64,000 nucleotides of DNA from Eledone cirrhosa (GCA_964016885.1 CAXHJY010000252.1:102271-166270), one strand, 5' to 3'; shown: positions 26,705-43,505, numbered from the stretch's first letter. Notes: generated from the sequence alone by a model not told the origin. A program made the numbers and translations.

Positions 26705-28740
26705 TGTAGGAGGTGAGTTTTATTGTAGTACAATAAAGCAATGCAGATATCGGATAAGAAGCACTCTACAGTTTGTAGGACTGGAGTATACATAATATAA
26801 GATCAAAAGATGGTTAAAGGAGTTCCATGTATTTTATTATGCGCATTTCAAAAACAAACATCATCATGCAATAATATTTGTGTTTTCATCAGATAAAACA
26901 GGAGAACATGATATGAAGGCTAAAAAACACTTGTGGATAGTGCAGTTTTAAATCAACATATGAAAAGTGGTTTTAGATTGATGTGTGATATTGGGAAAAA
27001 TATTTTATTTAGAGAGGGGGGGGGGGAGGATGAAAAAGGGGAGGAGATGAGAGGGAGAGATGGGTGATAGAGAGAAAGAGATAGTTTTTATAACTGAGAG
27101 GAGATATATTGTTTTACATAGAGAGGTTGAAAACCGTTGGAAGATAATGTATAAATTAAAAAAATTTGAAAATTAACGAAAGGAGGATATGTGCGAGGAA
27201 AAAGTATTTTATTTAGGGGGGGGGGGGATGAAAAAAAGGGGGAGGAGATGAGAGTGAAGGTGGAGAGGGAGAGATGGGTGATAGAGAGAAAGAGATAGTT
27301 TTTATAACTGAGAGAAAGATATATTGTTTTACATAGAGAGAGGTTGAGAACCGTTGGAAGATAATGTATAAATTAAAGGAATTTGAAAATTAACGAAGGG
27401 AATTTATGTATGAAGATAGAGAGAAGAAATACTAATTGTGGATGAATATTCTAACGTCAAAAAAGGTATGTTGATAAGTATTGTGGCAATTTCAAAATTA
27501 ACGAAGAGAAAAATTATTAAGGTTTGTGTGTAGAAGGATTTGAGAAAAATAATGTGAAGTTAAAGTTTGTATATTGGAGGAATTGATAATATATGCGAAT
27601 AAAGAGTTAATATGTATTAAGAATGAGTTCGTTGATGGGGAGAAAAAAATAATAAATTAAGGATGAAATTGAGATTAAAAAGATTTATGATAGAGAGAAA
27701 AAAATAATGATTGCGGATGAATATTCTAACGTCAAAAAACAGATGTATATGTTATGAAGGATTTTACAAGGTGAAGATAGAATGAGGGTAATGAGTAAAC
27801 AAGTATTATAGAGTGTATAATGCCCTTTAAAGTATGGTAGGAAGATGGGTATATTTTAAAGAGGTGTATGTATATGTGCCTTTGAGAAAAGATTCTAAAT
27901 TGATAAAGAATTGAATATTAACTGTATACTTTGTGAAAAGTTCTATGGAATTTATGCAGGCAGATAGAAAACAAATCTGTACGTCTATTTATTATAGAAT
28001 CTAGGTTAGAGATAATGGTAAATTTTTCATTTAGGCAGAGATTACAGATTTTAGATAGAGAGCTGTTCAAGTATGAGGATGCAGAAGAAACCTTCTTCCA
28101 AAAGATGGTATATTTAATGTTTTTGTCTTTTAAGGACCATATGAGTTCTGAGAGAGCAGTGTTGGTTCTTTTAAGTTTGTATTTGAAAGATGAATGATGA
28201 TTATAGAGACGAGCTTTAAAAGAGGTGGAAGTGGAGCCAAAATAGGTGAAGGAATTGGTGCTAGTTATAATTTTACATTCATAAATTAAGTTTTTATCGA
28301 GACAATGGTTGTTGAGAGGACATTTATTTTTAATGCGGCAGTTGCAATTAGAGAGATTATTAATGAGTGACCTAGTGTTATCTATAGAAGGAATTGGATT
28401 GGAGAAGTTGTTTGCGATAGGAATAATAGGAATAATAGTTTCTTGATTTAGAGTTGGATTATGAACATTTAGCGAAGTTGTGTTTGACGTTGTATTTGGG
28501 TTTACAGAAGTTAGCCTAGGGTTTACAATGACGTCGGGAGTACTATTACTGTTATTATGAAATTCAATGTTGGAAGGAAGAGATTTAGTATTTAGTATTT
28601 TATTGTTGTGTTTAGAGATGATGTTGGAAATATTGGAGGATGTGGAATAAGAAAATTTGATGGTGTGTTTGTTAAATATTTTACTATAGATATGTGAGGG
28701 AGGGAAGCATTTATTTAAGGCACTAAAAAATAATTTTTAA
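26705..28740 (-). mobile_element. 5'-truncated Hydra-clade-like PLE (family D): end of ORF, ~1.2-kb 3' UTR, hammerhead at 26831-26899
   Basis: Open frame 27918-28736 (see CDS). The UTR is shared with 16115-17531 and 59680-61870. Terminates in (TA)n. Confidence 0.8.
27918..28736 (-). CDS. Partial PLE ORF (thumb/linker + GIY-YIG endonuclease), 272 codons, no start; absent from the ORF track
   Basis: Manual translation: KCFPPSHIYSKIFNKHTIKFSYS...HNNKIL...CNCRIKNKCPLNNHCLDKNLIYECKI...YFGSTSTSFKARLYNHHSSF...TALSELIWSLK...CNLCLNEK...INRRTDLFSICLHK*, with no internal stop. Confidence 0.85.
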   Translation of the reverse strand, partial: KLFFSALNKCFPPSHIYSKIFNKHTIKFSYSTSSNISNIISKHNNKILNTKSLPSNIEFHNNSNSTPDVIVNPRLTSVNPNTTSNTTSLNVHNPTLNQETIIPIIPIANNFSNPIPSIDNTRSLINNLSNCNCRIKNKCPLNNHCLDKNLIYECKIITSTNSFTYFGSTSTSFKARLYNHHSSFKYKLKRTNTALSELIWSLKDKNIKYTIFWKKVSSASSYLNSSLSKICNLCLNEKFTIISNLDSIINRRTDLFSICLHKFHRTFHKVYS

Positions 28741-28829
28741 ATACGCATAGAGCTTAACTAGCTACCGTCACATATTTGGTAAGTCAGACGTGATCATCGC
28801 GATTCACATACGACCTACCATACATCTTA

Positions 28830-28864
<35 letters not shown>

Positions 28865-28869
<5 letters not shown>

Positions 28870-28990
28870 ACACATAAAGCAAGATGGTATAGGACAGAAC
28901 AATGGAGAGACACAAACAAATCCCAGTCACTGAGGGGGTCACTGAATGTGTGACGAAAGAGCTTCGACAATATATAAACAACCATCCGGT
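28865..28990 (+). mobile_element. Degenerate family B-like pLTR fragment with a damaged hammerhead core
   Basis: tcccagtcaCTGAGGGggtcac...gtgacGAAAgagcttcgac aligns by eye with 46311-46360. Confidence 0.6.
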
Positions 28991-29041
28991 GCCCCAGCAC
29001 GGCCTCAGCCGGATGGCCGGAACGGATGAAAGAATAAAAGA

Positions 29042-29085
<44 letters not shown>

Positions 29086-29127
29086 TGTGTGTGTGTGTGT
29101 GTGCGTGTGTGTGTGTGTGTGTGTATG

Positions 29128-29169
<42 letters not shown>

Positions 29170-30446
29170 TGTGTGTGTGTGTGTGAAAATGCATAAAATG
29201 TATGTTAGATGTCAGTTGAAAAGGAAAATGTCAAAATATCGAGAGATGTTGTTAAACACACCACTCACAGCATATCTGTTTATACATAGGAATATATACA
29301 CCCACATATATACATAGATACATACACACATACATACACATATAAATATATAAATATACATACACACATACATATATATATACATACATATATACATACA
29401 ATCATAAATGCATATGTATATATACATACATACACATATACATACATATATACATACATGGTGGCTGCCAACTCGTTTTCGAGTACGGCCATTACTTTAT
29501 ATCCATGTAGGAGAACCCCTACCGATGCGCTGAACGAGTGTGACTTTTTAGTCCAGCCAGCGACTTGAAAACTCTGGTACAAACACTACACCTGTGACAA
29601 TTATTGACACACAGTGCTGGGCCCATGGTACCATCTGACGACAAGTGCAGAGAGATCTCCAGATATAAAGCAATACCTGTGCCGTGAAGCTTTTATAGTG
29701 AGCAAAGGCACTGCACAAAGCCAGTCCCACTCTCTTAACCAAGATGATATTTACCAAAAAGAAGAACAAGTCAACATCATTGGATACCATCAGGGTTGCA
29801 GGTGTTATATCAGAGTTTTCCTTCTCCATAGAATTCTGCCCCGACAAAGGCTAAGGGGTCATCTCTCCCGGTGATTTTGGATGGCCATTGACTCTTAAGA
29901 GCTCCTTTGCCCTTTGATATATATATATACATACATATATACATACATAAATGCATATGTATATATACATACATACACATATACATACATATATACATAC
30001 ATATATACATACATAGATACATACATACACACATACATAGGAAATTACAAGTACAATCCATCAATGGAACAGTAAAAATATGTAAAATATCCAAAAGTTT
30101 TGCATCTAATAACTGCATATACAGATGTACAGATGCACAGCATATACAGATGTACAGATGCACAGCATATACACATGCACACATACAACTCAAAACATAC
30201 AATAACATCCATATCTACACATGCATGCATGCATACATACATATCTACCTAGTTGATGTTGTGTAAATTCCAGTGAGTCTTGTGTCTATGTTAGAAAGCG
30301 ACTCTCTCTCTATTGGTAAAACTTTGGGAAATTATAAAACCAGAACATACATACATACACACATACAGACATATATATATATACATACATACACACATAC
30401 ATATATATAAACATATATATATATATATATACATACATACATACAC

Positions 30447-30479
<33 letters not shown>

Positions 30480-31086
30480 CATACATACATACACACATAC
30501 ATACATACACGCATACAGGCATATATATACATACATACATACTTACACACATACATACATAAATACATACATACATACACACATATATACATACATACAT
30601 ACACAAAAATACACATAAATACACGGAAACATACATACACACACAAACATACACACACACACATACACAGCTGCTGCTAACACTACAATTTATTTGTTTA
30701 TTATTTAAATATCTTTCGATTTTGTATTTTCACACGGAAACATACACACACACACAAACATACACACATACACAGCTGCTGCTAACACTACAATTTGTTT
30801 GTTTGTTTATTATTTAAATATCTTTCGATTTTGTATTTTCATTATTCGTTTTATTTTATCAATTTATTTATCTATTTTAGATTATTGGTAATTTCTAAAA
30901 TAGATTGTAGTTAGAGTCCTAATTTGGGGGAACTGATCGAAGTATCATATTTAGAAATAATTATTGAATTTGGCAACTCTGGGCAATAATTTTGAAAATT
31001 TCTAACCACTTTGATCGATCTGTTTACACGGCAACGATACAGAATTGTCTGACATGTTGGAAATTATAGTGTACTTTTATATATTC

Positions 31087-31146
<60 letters not shown>

Positions 31147-31148
<2 letters not shown>

Positions 31149-31422
31149 GATATTAGTAAATGGAAACTATATTTATAAAACCATATTTATTTCATTATAC
31201 ATATTTCAAGGATACCAAATTAAAATATGGTGTGCCTTCATCAGACAAAATACAATATATAAACAGTTTTATAAATAATTTTGACGTACCCTATTAAATG
31301 CAACCATTATTTTTGGAAGCTGTCTAATATCGTATATCTACTCCAAAAACTTCTTGTCGAGTGCTTTATATCAGTTATAAAATATTTACTTGTTGTATCC
31401 CAACAATTTTAAATAGAACTTT

Positions 31423-31427
<5 letters not shown>
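31147..31427. mobile_element. Family C element with inversion
   Basis: Minus-strand hammerhead at ~31190-31252, then the opposite-orientation terminus. Confidence 0.68.
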
Positions 31428-31486
<59 letters not shown>

Positions 31487-31489
<3 letters not shown>

Positions 31490-34340
31490 CGTTTCTGAAT
31501 TTGTTTAGCAAGATTCTTTATCTGAAATCGTGTGTTGAAACCGATATTGTTATACTTTGGGAGGGTCATGTTGCCAATAAGAAACACACGCACCAGTTGC
31601 TTTCACTTCAATTTATTATATATTTATAAATTTACAAATTTATAAATTTATGGTTGGTTGGTTGGTTCCACAACCAGATAGTTGTTTATATATAGTCATA
31701 GTTCTTTCGTCACACACTCTGTGACCTCTTCAGTGACTGGGGATTCCTTTCTTTGTTTCTGTGCCTCTCCTTTGTTCTGTCCTACGCCATTTTGTTTCTG
31801 TGTGTGCGTTGTGTGCTCAGTCTGCGCCTGCGCCACATCCGGGTGTCTGTGTGTGTTTATGTTCATTTATCTATTTGTTTATTTACATGTTACTGGTTGG
31901 TTGTTTGTTCTATGTGTGTGTGTGTTTTCATTTTTTCCTTAATTGTAAGTTGTGATGTTGCTGTTCCACTCATATTTTCTATTTAATTTTGGTTGTAATT
32001 CTTTTATGTTTATTGCCTCTGTAATTTGTCTAAACATAGCGTCTTTTCTGTGTGTAGATTCTATTTTTATTTCTGTTCTCTAATTTACCCTTGTGTTCTA
32101 TCTTAGCATGTTGGTAGAGTACAGATGATTCTTTATTATCTTGAAGGTCTCGCCAGTGTTCATTTATCCGTTCCCCTACACTACGAGCTGTCTCACCTAT
32201 GTACACTATATTTTTGTCTCTACATTGTCCTTCAGTACATCTTATGCTATACACTACATTTCTAGTTTTACAGTTAATATGGGGGCTTATTTTACAGGTT
32301 ACACATTTCTTATCTATACATGAGGGTCTTTGAAAAGGGTATGTCTTGCTAATAAGTGTTTTTACGGAGGTACCTGGTCTTTCTACTATCTTAATATTGA
32401 GTTTATGTTTATTTAGGGCCCTTCTAAATTTGTAAGCTAGTTCACCTCTAGGGGTTGTATCGATGAACATTACACTCTGGTATTTATTGCTATCATACCA
32501 TGAGTTTATTATATTAGCCTTGTTCCTAGTTCTTTCTATTCTATTCCAAAATTTGCTCCTATACAAGGGGCAGGTCCCATTTATGTCATTATTTACCATT
32601 TTTTCCCATTTGGTTCTGGCTCCTCTATACACTCTGATTCTATCTCTCTGATTGTAGCCAGAGAACTGCATACGGTGGATGAAGTGTTGTATGTGTCTCT
32701 CTAGTTCTTCGGGGTTGCACATGCGGGACACATTTCTCATCACCCGTACCAAATCCGCAATCAGTATGTTGATTTTGGTATGGTCCGAAATGGCCGAGTT
32801 TCGGTGGATCAGATGTTTGGAGGTCATGGGTTTGGCATAATGGGAATGGAGGATTTGTTTTTGGTTGTTAATGGTATCTAACCAGAGCTCTGTGTCTAGT
32901 ACAGGTAATCGATGGTTGGGGTGTCTACTTGGGTAGTCTATAGTAACTCTAATGCTCTGGTGGATGGAGTTTGCTATTTGCTGGATGCTTTCCAATGTGT
33001 TTTTCTCTAGTTCCTGACTGTTCTCTAGTGGGGGTGTCTTAACTACGATGTTTATATCATCTACGTAGCGGGAGTACATTATCAGGGTTAAGGGGTCTTC
33101 TAATTGTTCTTTAAGTTTAAGTTTAAGTCTACTGTCCCACCATACCATGAATAAGTTAGCTATGTCGCCTGCAATGCTAACACCAATGGCTGCTCCTTCC
33201 TCTTGGGCATATGTTTTTCCATTAAATTTGAACATATGTTCCTTAAGGGTTAGTTTTATGCTGGCCCATACTGCATGTGCAATCATTTTCTTCAGTTCAT
33301 CGTGGTTTTCGGGTGTCCGTATGGCTCTGGTCCACCCGTTCCATCTATCTGTGTGGATTTTCTTGGCCATTGAGGTAATGGTAGGTGGTCTGCCTCTTGC
33401 TGGTCTTGTAGGGCACAGGTTGCTAAGATCATAAGTGTCTAGGTAACTATTACTATAGGTAAGCTTAAGTAGGAGTCCCAGCTCACTGGTATCACTCCCA
33501 CGGAACTCAACCTTGCTCTCACTGATCATTTCTACGCATTTCTCCACAGCAAAATCCACGTCAATAGATGGATACATTTACACAACATCCATACTGCCTA
33601 TTATGCAGTTTGTTAGGTCCCCAGATCGGTTACTCACGCCGATTCTGCTGAGGAGGTCCTCCGTGCTGTCACATACATCTGGGGACATTTCAATGATGGG
33701 GCGTATGATCAGGGAGAGGAAGTAGGACAGTCTGTAGTTACTAGCAATGTTAGCTCCACAGACTGGCCGTGTTGGTGGTCCCGCGACAGGGTCACAGCCC
33801 GTTTTATGGTCTTTTCGAAGCCCATACAACGCCGGCACGTCATTGTTCCAGGCCTGGAAGTTGTTGGCAGTCCTTTTGTTGGGCTGCATTATATTCGTCC
33901 ACATCACCATATGGGCATTGAGGGCTTTTTCTCTATCCTCATGCTCCTGTGGTGTTACTTTTCTTGTGTTAGTGATGTGGGGTTGCATTGCCTGGATGTA
34001 GTTTGGCAGGCTGTCAACCGACATTCTGCCAGACTTGTCTGTTGGAAAGCATGCTATCTCTCCATTACGTGAGCGCTGCATGAGCTTACGCAAGCCATTT
34101 GCAGATTTTTCTCCCAGTTGCTGCGCCTCCATTCTATTATGCTTCTTGCTATACTGTTCTATAATATTTCTAAGTTCGGATCTAGCTATACTAAATTGTG
34201 CTTCTGTTTGTTCATCGACCTGCGACGGTAATTGCGTGCGTTTGTTAAATGGTAAAGTCGTGGCGTGGACTCGTCGCAGGTCGAATGATTTATCGGAGGG
34301 ATTATAAAACGGAGAGTTCCAGGCTGCTGCTTTATGTGTA
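31487..34340 (-). pseudogene. Decayed 5'-truncated PLE family B copy (RT + GIY-YIG + pLTR)
   Basis: ORFs 33578-34132 and 32030-33577 are collinear with family A (LYGLRKDHK, SMDVV*MYPSI, QEEGAAIG, RYVDD, YIGET). There is a TAA nonsense at 33578-33580 and a frameshift near 32075 relative to the 45846 copy. Confidence 0.92.
31695..31748 (-). ncRNA. Minimal type-I hammerhead ribozyme, family B pLTR
   Basis: AGTCA CTGAAGA g GTCAC agagtgt GTGAC GAAA G aa C TA TGACT: stems I, II and III all pair. Confidence 0.8.
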
Positions 34341-34547
34341 CTATATTCTATACATATATATATATATATATGTGTATAGAATAAAGAAAAGCGAAGTAGT
34401 TTCAGATGTTCAAGTCCTTTAATAATTATTATTAAAGGACTTGTATATCTGAAACTACTTCGCTTTTCCTTATTCGATATTTACTCCGTCACTCCTATGT
34501 GGAAAAAGTACGTTGAGTGCTTGAATTGAATTGCATCAATATTTACC

Positions 34548-34629
<82 letters not shown>

Positions 34630-34632
<3 letters not shown>

Positions 34633-35102
34633 GATATTAAATAAATGGAAACTATATTTATAAAACCATATTTATTTCACTATATATATTTCAGGGATAT
34701 CATATTAACAATATGTTATGCCTTCCTCAGACAAAATACAATATAGACAGTTTTATAGATAAATAGATTTGACATACCGTTCAACATCGACTTGTATTTG
34801 AAAAAGTTGATTTGGCAGAATCAACTTTTTGGCCAAATCAACTTTTTCAAATACAAGTCGATGTTGAACGGTATGTCAAATCTATTTATCTATAAAACTG
34901 TCTATATTGTATTTTGTCTGAGGAAGGCATAACATATTCTTAATATGATATCCCTGAAATATATATAGTGAAATAAATATGGTTTTATAAATATAGTTTC
35001 CATTTATTTAATATCGTAAATATACTCCAAATACTTGTTGAGTGCTTTTATATCAGTTATAAATATTTACTAGTTGTAACCCAACAATTTAAATATAACT
35101 TT

Positions 35103-35105
<3 letters not shown>
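34630..35105. mobile_element. Fold-back family C element with a CTGAGGA hammerhead variant in each arm
   Basis: Arms ~34630-34816 and ~34833-35017 are reverse complements. Flanked by (TA)n. Confidence 0.78.
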
Positions 35106-35136
<31 letters not shown>

Positions 35137-35242
35137 ATAATAATAAATTTGAAGAATAAAATACAAAGAGGGCTCGATAAATATATATCAAATATATAAG
35201 AACCCTAGAGCAGCGATTCTTTGCTTAAACTTTAATCTGTTA

Positions 35243-35301
<59 letters not shown>

Positions 35302-35496
35302 ACGAAGGAGTTGTGGTAAGGAACCAGGTGGACCATAACGCACCAGAGTACTCAATACTTAGGGTAGTAGAGTGGGTAATAGGAAAATGTATGAGCCCCG
35401 ACGGCAAAGCTCAAGCTGTTTCGACGGCTATTTCTGGACTGGAAATAGCTGTCGAAACGGCTTGAGCTCTGCCGTCGGGGTCATACCTTTTCATAC

Positions 35497-35613
<117 letters not shown>

Positions 35614-35859
35614 AGTATGCATGTATACGTACATACATATATGTATACAGACGTACAGTAGCATGCACATATATATATATATATATACATATATATATAC
35701 ATATGCATACAGGTACACATACATATATGCACGTATCAGTTTAGCGGCGCTTATTATAACGTCGATTTGTTCGTTTGTAAACAAACTGAACAGCCTGAAT
35801 TTATGCCATACGGTGTTAAGGCAACCACGTCACCTTTTTGTTCAACACTGACACAGGAA

Positions 35860-35900
35860 CGATGTACTAGTTTCAAGCTTGTTAGCTATCATCAGCACCG
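35860..35900 (-). ncRNA. Type-I hammerhead ribozyme, family E unit 1
   Basis: CGGTG CTGATGA t AGCT aaca AGCT t GAAA C ta G TA CATCG: 5-bp stem I, GUA cleavage triplet, palindromic ACTAGT. Confidence 0.85.
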
Positions 35901-36137
35901 TTTACCCATCTGCCAGATAGTTGAACGTTCGAAAGTATATACTTTCCTTATGAAAATTAACGGCTGAGCAGCCTAATTTGCATATTGAGTGAGTTAAATC
36001 GGTCAGGCATACCGAAAACGATAAATTGAAACAAAATGAAAACGAAATTTCATTTCTCACTCTTAGTATGGCACTTACTTAAATGTAAGTATGCATGTAT
36101 ACGTACATACATATATGTATACAGACGTACAGTAGCA

Positions 36138-36183
<46 letters not shown>

Positions 36184-36349
36184 TATATACATATGCATAC
36201 AGGTACACATACATATATGCACGTATCAGTTTAGCGGCGCTTATTATAACGTCGCTTTGTTCGTTTGTAAACAAACTGAACAGCCTGAATTTATGCCATA
36301 CGGTGTTAAGGCAACCACGTCACCTTTTTGTTCAACACTGACACAGGAA

Positions 36350-36390
36350 CGATGTACTAGTTTCAAGCTTGTTAGCTATCATCAGCACCG
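36350..36390 (-). ncRNA. Type-I hammerhead ribozyme, family E unit 2
   Basis: Identical to 35860-35900. Confidence 0.85.
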
Positions 36391-36825
36391 TTTACCCATC
36401 TGCCAGATAGTTGAACGTTCGAAAGTATATACTTTCCTTATGAAAATTAACGGCTGAGCAGCCTAATTTGCATATTGAGTGAGTTAAATCGGTCAGGCAT
36501 ACCGAAAACGATAAATTGAAACAAAATGAAAACGAAATTTCATTTCTCACTCTTAGTATGGCACTTACTTAAATGTAAGTATGCATGTATACGTACATAC
36601 ATATATGTATACAGACGTACAGTAGCATGCACATATATATATATATATATATACATATATATATACATATGCATACAGGTACACATACATATATGCACGT
36701 ATCAGTTTAGCGGCGCTTATTATAACGTCGCTTTGTTCGTTTGTAAACAAACTGAACAGCCTGAATTTATGCCATACGGTGTTAAGGCAACCACGTCACC
36801 TTTTTGTTCAACACTGACACAGGAA

Positions 36826-36866
36826 CGATGTACTAGTTTCAAGCTTGTTAGCTATCATCAGCACCG
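36826..36866 (-). ncRNA. Type-I hammerhead ribozyme, family E unit 3
   Basis: Identical to 35860-35900. Confidence 0.85.
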
Positions 36867-36986
36867 TTTACCCATCTGCCAGATAGTTGAACGTTCGAAA
36901 GTATATACTTTCCTTATGAAAATTAACGGCTGAGCAGCCTAATTTGCATATTGAGTGAGTTAAATCGGTCAGGCATACCGAAAACG

Positions 36987-37017
<31 letters not shown>

Positions 37018-37027
37018 CAAACATGTA

Positions 37028-37098
<71 letters not shown>

Positions 37099-37234
37099 AA
37101 AATAGATATTTTTTATCTAATTTGTTAATATTTTGAATTAATATTAATAACTGTGGAAAACCTCTCTTGTTGAGTGCTTCCAATCTATTGTAAAACTCAT
37201 TCTTTGATGTATTCATTGAACCTTGTTTAACTTT

Positions 37235-37332
<98 letters not shown>

Positions 37333-37643
37333 TGTGTGTGTGTATATATATAGATAGATATATACAAATGGAAAAGAATGTTGAACAAACGGGCGACGAT
37401 GGTTGCCGAACACTGTACGGCTTCATTCGGGCTGTTTGTTTACAAACAAACCACACATTATAATAAATGTTCGGTAAACCCATACGTACATATATATATG
37501 TGAGCATGTATGTATACATATACATACTACAGTACGTCTGTATACATATATGTATGTACGTATACATACTTACATTGATATTCACAAACATATGTATCTA
37601 TATATATGTATATGTATCTATAGGTGGGTATATGTGTGTGTAG

Positions 37644-37784
<141 letters not shown>

Positions 37785-37865
37785 GGTAAACAGAAATAAC
37801 AACACAATCGGTACAGTATATGGAAGGGATATATTAGGTTAACGCTTGATATAGCAGAAAGAGGG

Positions 37866-37901
37866 TCTTAACGTTTCGGACGCTAGTCCTTCGTCAGAAG
37901 A
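37866..37901 (-). ncRNA. Minimal hammerhead motif, family F
   Basis: TCTT CTGACGA a GGAC tagc GTCC GAAAC GTT AAGA, with palindromic AACGTT. The predicted GUU triplet is suboptimal. Confidence 0.7.
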
Positions 37902-38057
37902 AAGAATGAGAAATAAAATAGATTGAGGGGACGGGCGGCATGGAATTGGAAAAAATGTCTTTAGATAAAAATAACAGGTCCATTCATGTTGACATCTCTT
38001 GCAAAACTGTTATGCTTGCGTTTTGTGTATGAAATATTTTTTAGATAAGTGGATGAT

Positions 38058-38092
<35 letters not shown>

Positions 38093-38296
38093 GTGTTATT
38101 ATACGTCCGTACGAAGCTAAGATGAAATGTGTGTGTATATGAGAGTAAAAGAGTGTGTGTGCATGTAAGTACGAAGCTATGAGCAAAAGTATGTTAATTT
38201 ATGGGTGTATATGTGTGTGTATATATATATATTTCGAAACGGCTTGAGCTCTGCCGTCGGTGTCATACTTTTTCTATTTCCCCCTCTACTACCCTT

Positions 38297-38715
<419 letters not shown>

Positions 38716-38907
38716 CGAAGGAAATGTGGTAAGGAACCAGGTGGACCATAACGCACCAAAGTACTCAATACTTGAGGTAGTAGAGTGGGTAATAGGAACC
38801 AGTAAGACCCCGACAGCTGAGCTCAAGCCGTTTCGACAGCTAATTCTGGACAGTCCAGAATTAGCCGTCGAAACGGCTTGAGCTCAGCTGTCGGGGTCTT
38901 ACTGGTT

Positions 38908-38988
<81 letters not shown>

Positions 38989-39129
38989 TTATAAATATAT
39001 ATATGTATGTATATCTAGGGCGGGTAAAATTACCGAGATTCATGAACGAGTTCTCTCCAGCAGTCTCTGTCCCTCATCATCGCTGCCATGTCCTGAGTCT
39101 CCAAGAGACACACAATATTGGCAGCGATA

Positions 39130-39241
<112 letters not shown>

Positions 39242-39679
39242 CTTCTGTCCATCTACCTATCTATCTAGCAATCTATCACCTTATTAAATATAAGCCGTAT
39301 CAACCTCACAGCAATGATACATTTTTATAATGTAGAAGTCCTCGCACACGGATCGATGAAACTGCCGTCGGGACTTTGAAGAAATAATAGGTATATTTTT
39401 GTGTATTATTTCCTCATATTTTGTAATTTCATATATATATATATATATATACACATATGGGTGTATATCATCATTTTACGTCCGCTTAATATATATATAT
39501 ATGTATATGGTACCATGGGCCCAGCACTATGTGTCAATGATTGTCACAAGTGTAGTGTTTTTACCAGAGTTTTCAAGTCGCTGGCTGGACTAAAAAGTCA
39601 CACTTGTTCAGCGCATCGGTAGGGGTTCTCCTACATGGATATAAAGTAATGGCCGTACTCGAAAACGAGTTGGCAGCCA

Positions 39680-39714
<35 letters not shown>

Positions 39715-39892
39715 TGATATTCTACAGGACTAGAACTGTTTCATTCTTTAGAAATCATCAGGAATCTGATGATTTCTAAAGAATGACACAGTTCTATCCC
39801 TGTAGAATCTCATCTTTATTAAAACTTTTATACTCTGCTATGTATTGTGTACCTTACTTACTGTGGTTACCTCTGATTCAACCCGGAATAAC

Positions 39893-39975
<83 letters not shown>

Positions 39976-40202
39976 AAAGTTAAACAAGGTTCAATGAATA
40001 AATCAAAGAATGAGTTTTACAACAGATTGAAAGCAGTAAACAGAAATGGGTTTCCAGAGTTATTAATATTAATTCAAAATATTAACAAAATAGATATTCT
40101 TGTGATCAAGTATATTTTATTATACATATTTCAGACTGAACCTTACCCATCTATGACTGAATCTTAACCATCTACTATGTCAGGGTACGTCATGCATCAT
40201 CT

Positions 40203-40269
40203 TATTTTATCTGATGAGGACGTACTGTTGAACTTAACTCAGTACCTCTGAAATATGTATAATAAAATA
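40203..40269 (+). ncRNA. Type-I hammerhead ribozyme, family G, inside fold-back 40066-40315
   Basis: TATTTTAT CTGATGA ggac GTACTG...CAGTAC ctct GAAA T atgt A TA ATAAAATA: 8-bp stem I. Confidence 0.75.
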
Positions 40270-40309
40270 TACTTGATCACAAGAATATCTATTTTGTTAA
40301 TATTTTGAA

Positions 40310-40375
<66 letters not shown>

Positions 40376-40854
40376 AGGATACAAAAATATTGTTATAGGT
40401 AATCCAGTTAGAGGTCGTGAATACTTCGTATTGTGGACAGTTTTAGCGTACGGCGTTGTTTGACTCAACAAGGGGTTTCCGTAGGTGGCGAGTTTGAGTT
40501 CTCTTGCATTCCTATGTAAGTTTATCTTGGAGTAATAATAGTGAAAGAGTGAAGAATAACATGGTCAACAGTAGAAAAAGGGTTTTATTTACAGTCTGAA
40601 AATAAAAAAAGGGTTTTATTTACACTGATTAAGTTGTCTAAATGATGCTGTAATATTGAATTCGTAGACACTGAGCATATTTTAAACAGTTTCTCTGATG
40701 ATCTGGTTAAGCTAACATCGTATTTAAAATTGAGTGGCACAGCTTCAAATGTTCAGCAATTTTTAGACAACTTAATCAGTGAAACAATTGTTAAGTTTGT
40801 AAATAAAACCCTTTTTTGTACTGTCGACCATGGTATTCGTCACTCTGTCAATAT

Positions 40855-42475
<1,621 letters not shown>

Positions 42476-42653
42476 GGGTTTGTTACGAATTCATTGAAAC
42501 CAATTGTTTGTCTGTCACAATCTAAATATCAACCATTTTACATAATGATGAGTTGAAGCTGCAGAAATCGATACATTATCAATAACCTTTTCAAATAGAT
42601 TCAAACATTTCTAATTCTTATCAAACTGCTCATTCTTCTCCAATTCATTCACC

Positions 42654-42741
<88 letters not shown>

Positions 42742-43505
42742 GTAAAGAGGAGACCTTAAAAAGGCTACAGAAGGAATGTTAATGGCTGCGCAGGAGCAGG
42801 CCCTCAAAACGAAGCGGTTGAAACACCACATTTACAAGGAGGAGGCTAGCCCACTGTGCAGGATCTGTGGAGAGAGAGAGGAGACTGTGGCTCACATTGT
42901 ATGCGAGTGTAAACACCTAGCCCAGACTCACTATAAGGACTGGAGACATGATGTGATGTGCAGGGGGATCCACTGGCACCTATGCAAAGTAAACCATTTA
43001 CCACATTCTGAGAAGTGGTATGAGCATAAGCCAGAGTCGGTGATAGAAAACGATCAGGTGAAGGTGCTGTGGGATTTTAGGATACAGACGGACAAGAAAC
43101 TGGAACACAATAGATCTGACCTGGTGGTTTTGGACAAAGAAAAAAGATCGTGCCTGATTGTGGATGTGGCCTGCCCATTCCACACGAGAGTGCAAGAGAA
43201 GGAGAGAGAGAAAATTAACCGATACCAGGACTTAAAGTGGGAGGTAAAAAGGATTTGGAACTGCCATGAAGTCAAAGTGATCCCGATTGTCATAGGCGCA
43301 CTAGGGACTATCTCAAAAGGTTTCCAGGGATGGTTAAAGAAATTTGGCCCCTTCACGCTTTTTGGAACGCTTCAAAAGGCATGCTTTCTTGGAACAGCAA
43401 GAACCCTCCGATACGTCCTGAATATCTGAGGCTGCAGGTAGCAGCTTGATATTCATTTCAACAAACTTTCCAGTTAAATAACATCAATGACTGAGACTCA
43501 AAGAA
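42742..43505 (+). mobile_element. Dong/R4-clade 3' fragment (Zn knuckle + RLE + 3' UTR) in (TAA)n
   Basis: ORF 42776-43429 is closely similar to the C-terminus of the 46530-48573 element. (TAA)n at 42656-42740 and 43507-43543. Confidence 0.9.

Noticed and set aside
29614-29912. Possible host exon (higher GC, short ORFs)
   Set aside because: No recognisable protein motif or convincing splice context; adjoins a dispersed repeat.
33578-33580. Selenocysteine or readthrough codon in the family B RT
   Set aside because: The stop is TAA at a position that is Ser in family A, and the copy also has a frameshift; ordinary decay.
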